A stretch of DNA of 64,000 nt, from positions 1-64,000 of the forward strand of contig JAAOMT010000299.1 of the NCBI GenBank assembly GCA_016748015.1. Direction: 5' to 3'. Under the pieces are notes generated by a model. That model searched no databases. It was given only the letters and a program-made list of their open reading frames with translations, and was not told the origin of the DNA. Position 1 is the first letter of the stretch. Each line of letters begins with the position of its first letter. Shown here in pieces: positions 63,582 to 64,000 of the stretch. A program made the position numbers and the translations under genes. Source of the DNA: Geosiphon pyriformis uo1. Taxonomy: Eukaryota; Fungi; Glomeromycota.

Positions 63582-64000
63582 TTTGAATTTGTTGTTGCTG
63601 TGTTATTTCCGTGGGAGAGCACCAAATGTTACCAGAGGTTTTTGGTCTCTTTTCTTAAATGTTGTTGATGCCTGTTTGTTATGAATTCACGTTTTCTGAA
63701 TGTGGTTGAACCTCCAATAACTGAATTTATCTTCAAATTATCTCCTATAATTTGAACAGCTGGGCTTATAAGTGGAATAACCAATTCCTTGCCAGTTACT
63801 TTATGTAGTTACATTGTAGTAAACGTCAACTCTTTCTCAGGAATTGCTTGTCTGGAAGCTCACTGAAATGTATAGTTACTTTGCTGTAAAAGTCAACTCT
63901 TCTACAGAAATCTTGTCTGTAGGCTACCCTAATGATTGTAATAAGAAAATAAAAGAAAAATAAAAAAAATGTAAAAGAAATAGAATTTTGTCAAGAGAAA

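Larger units (their letters stand above)
54463..64000 (-). mobile_element. Element D2: near full-length; 5' LTR runs off the window
   Basis: LTRs 54463-55433 and 63627->64000, PBS TGGTGCTCTCCCACGG, PPT GAGGAAGAGG. Confidence 0.95.

Overview
AT-rich eukaryotic repeat cluster with no intact host gene. The protein style suggests an early-diverging fungus such as a Glomeromycotina; that is an inference. Nearly all 64 kb is a nested stack of Ty3/Gypsy-type LTR retrotransposons from one clade. I label them A (relic, 394-3896,+), B (host element, 4313-53811,+), a solo LTR in the B 5' LTR (4875-5858,-), C1 (6907-23744,-), C2 (young, gappy assembly, 12037-19155,+, inside C1), D1 (26158-36009,-), E1 (internally deleted, 38992-46597,-) and D2 (54463->64000,-). 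A pogo/Tigger DNA transposon carrying captured gene fragments (48314-52539) also sits in B. The elements share an unusual plan: LTR - PBS - AUG-free leader ORF starting at a conserved GUG and fused to Gag - CCHC - protease - Cys-rich domain - dUTPase (plus a dUTPase-like domain) - RT - RNase H - STOP, then integrase as a separate AUG-initiated ORF, a third conserved ORF in the env position, PPT and LTR. Every resolvable LTR insertion has a 4-bp target duplication that reconstructs to, or is compatible with, N-CG-N. Older copies are eroded by C>T/G>A transitions, strongest at CpG.
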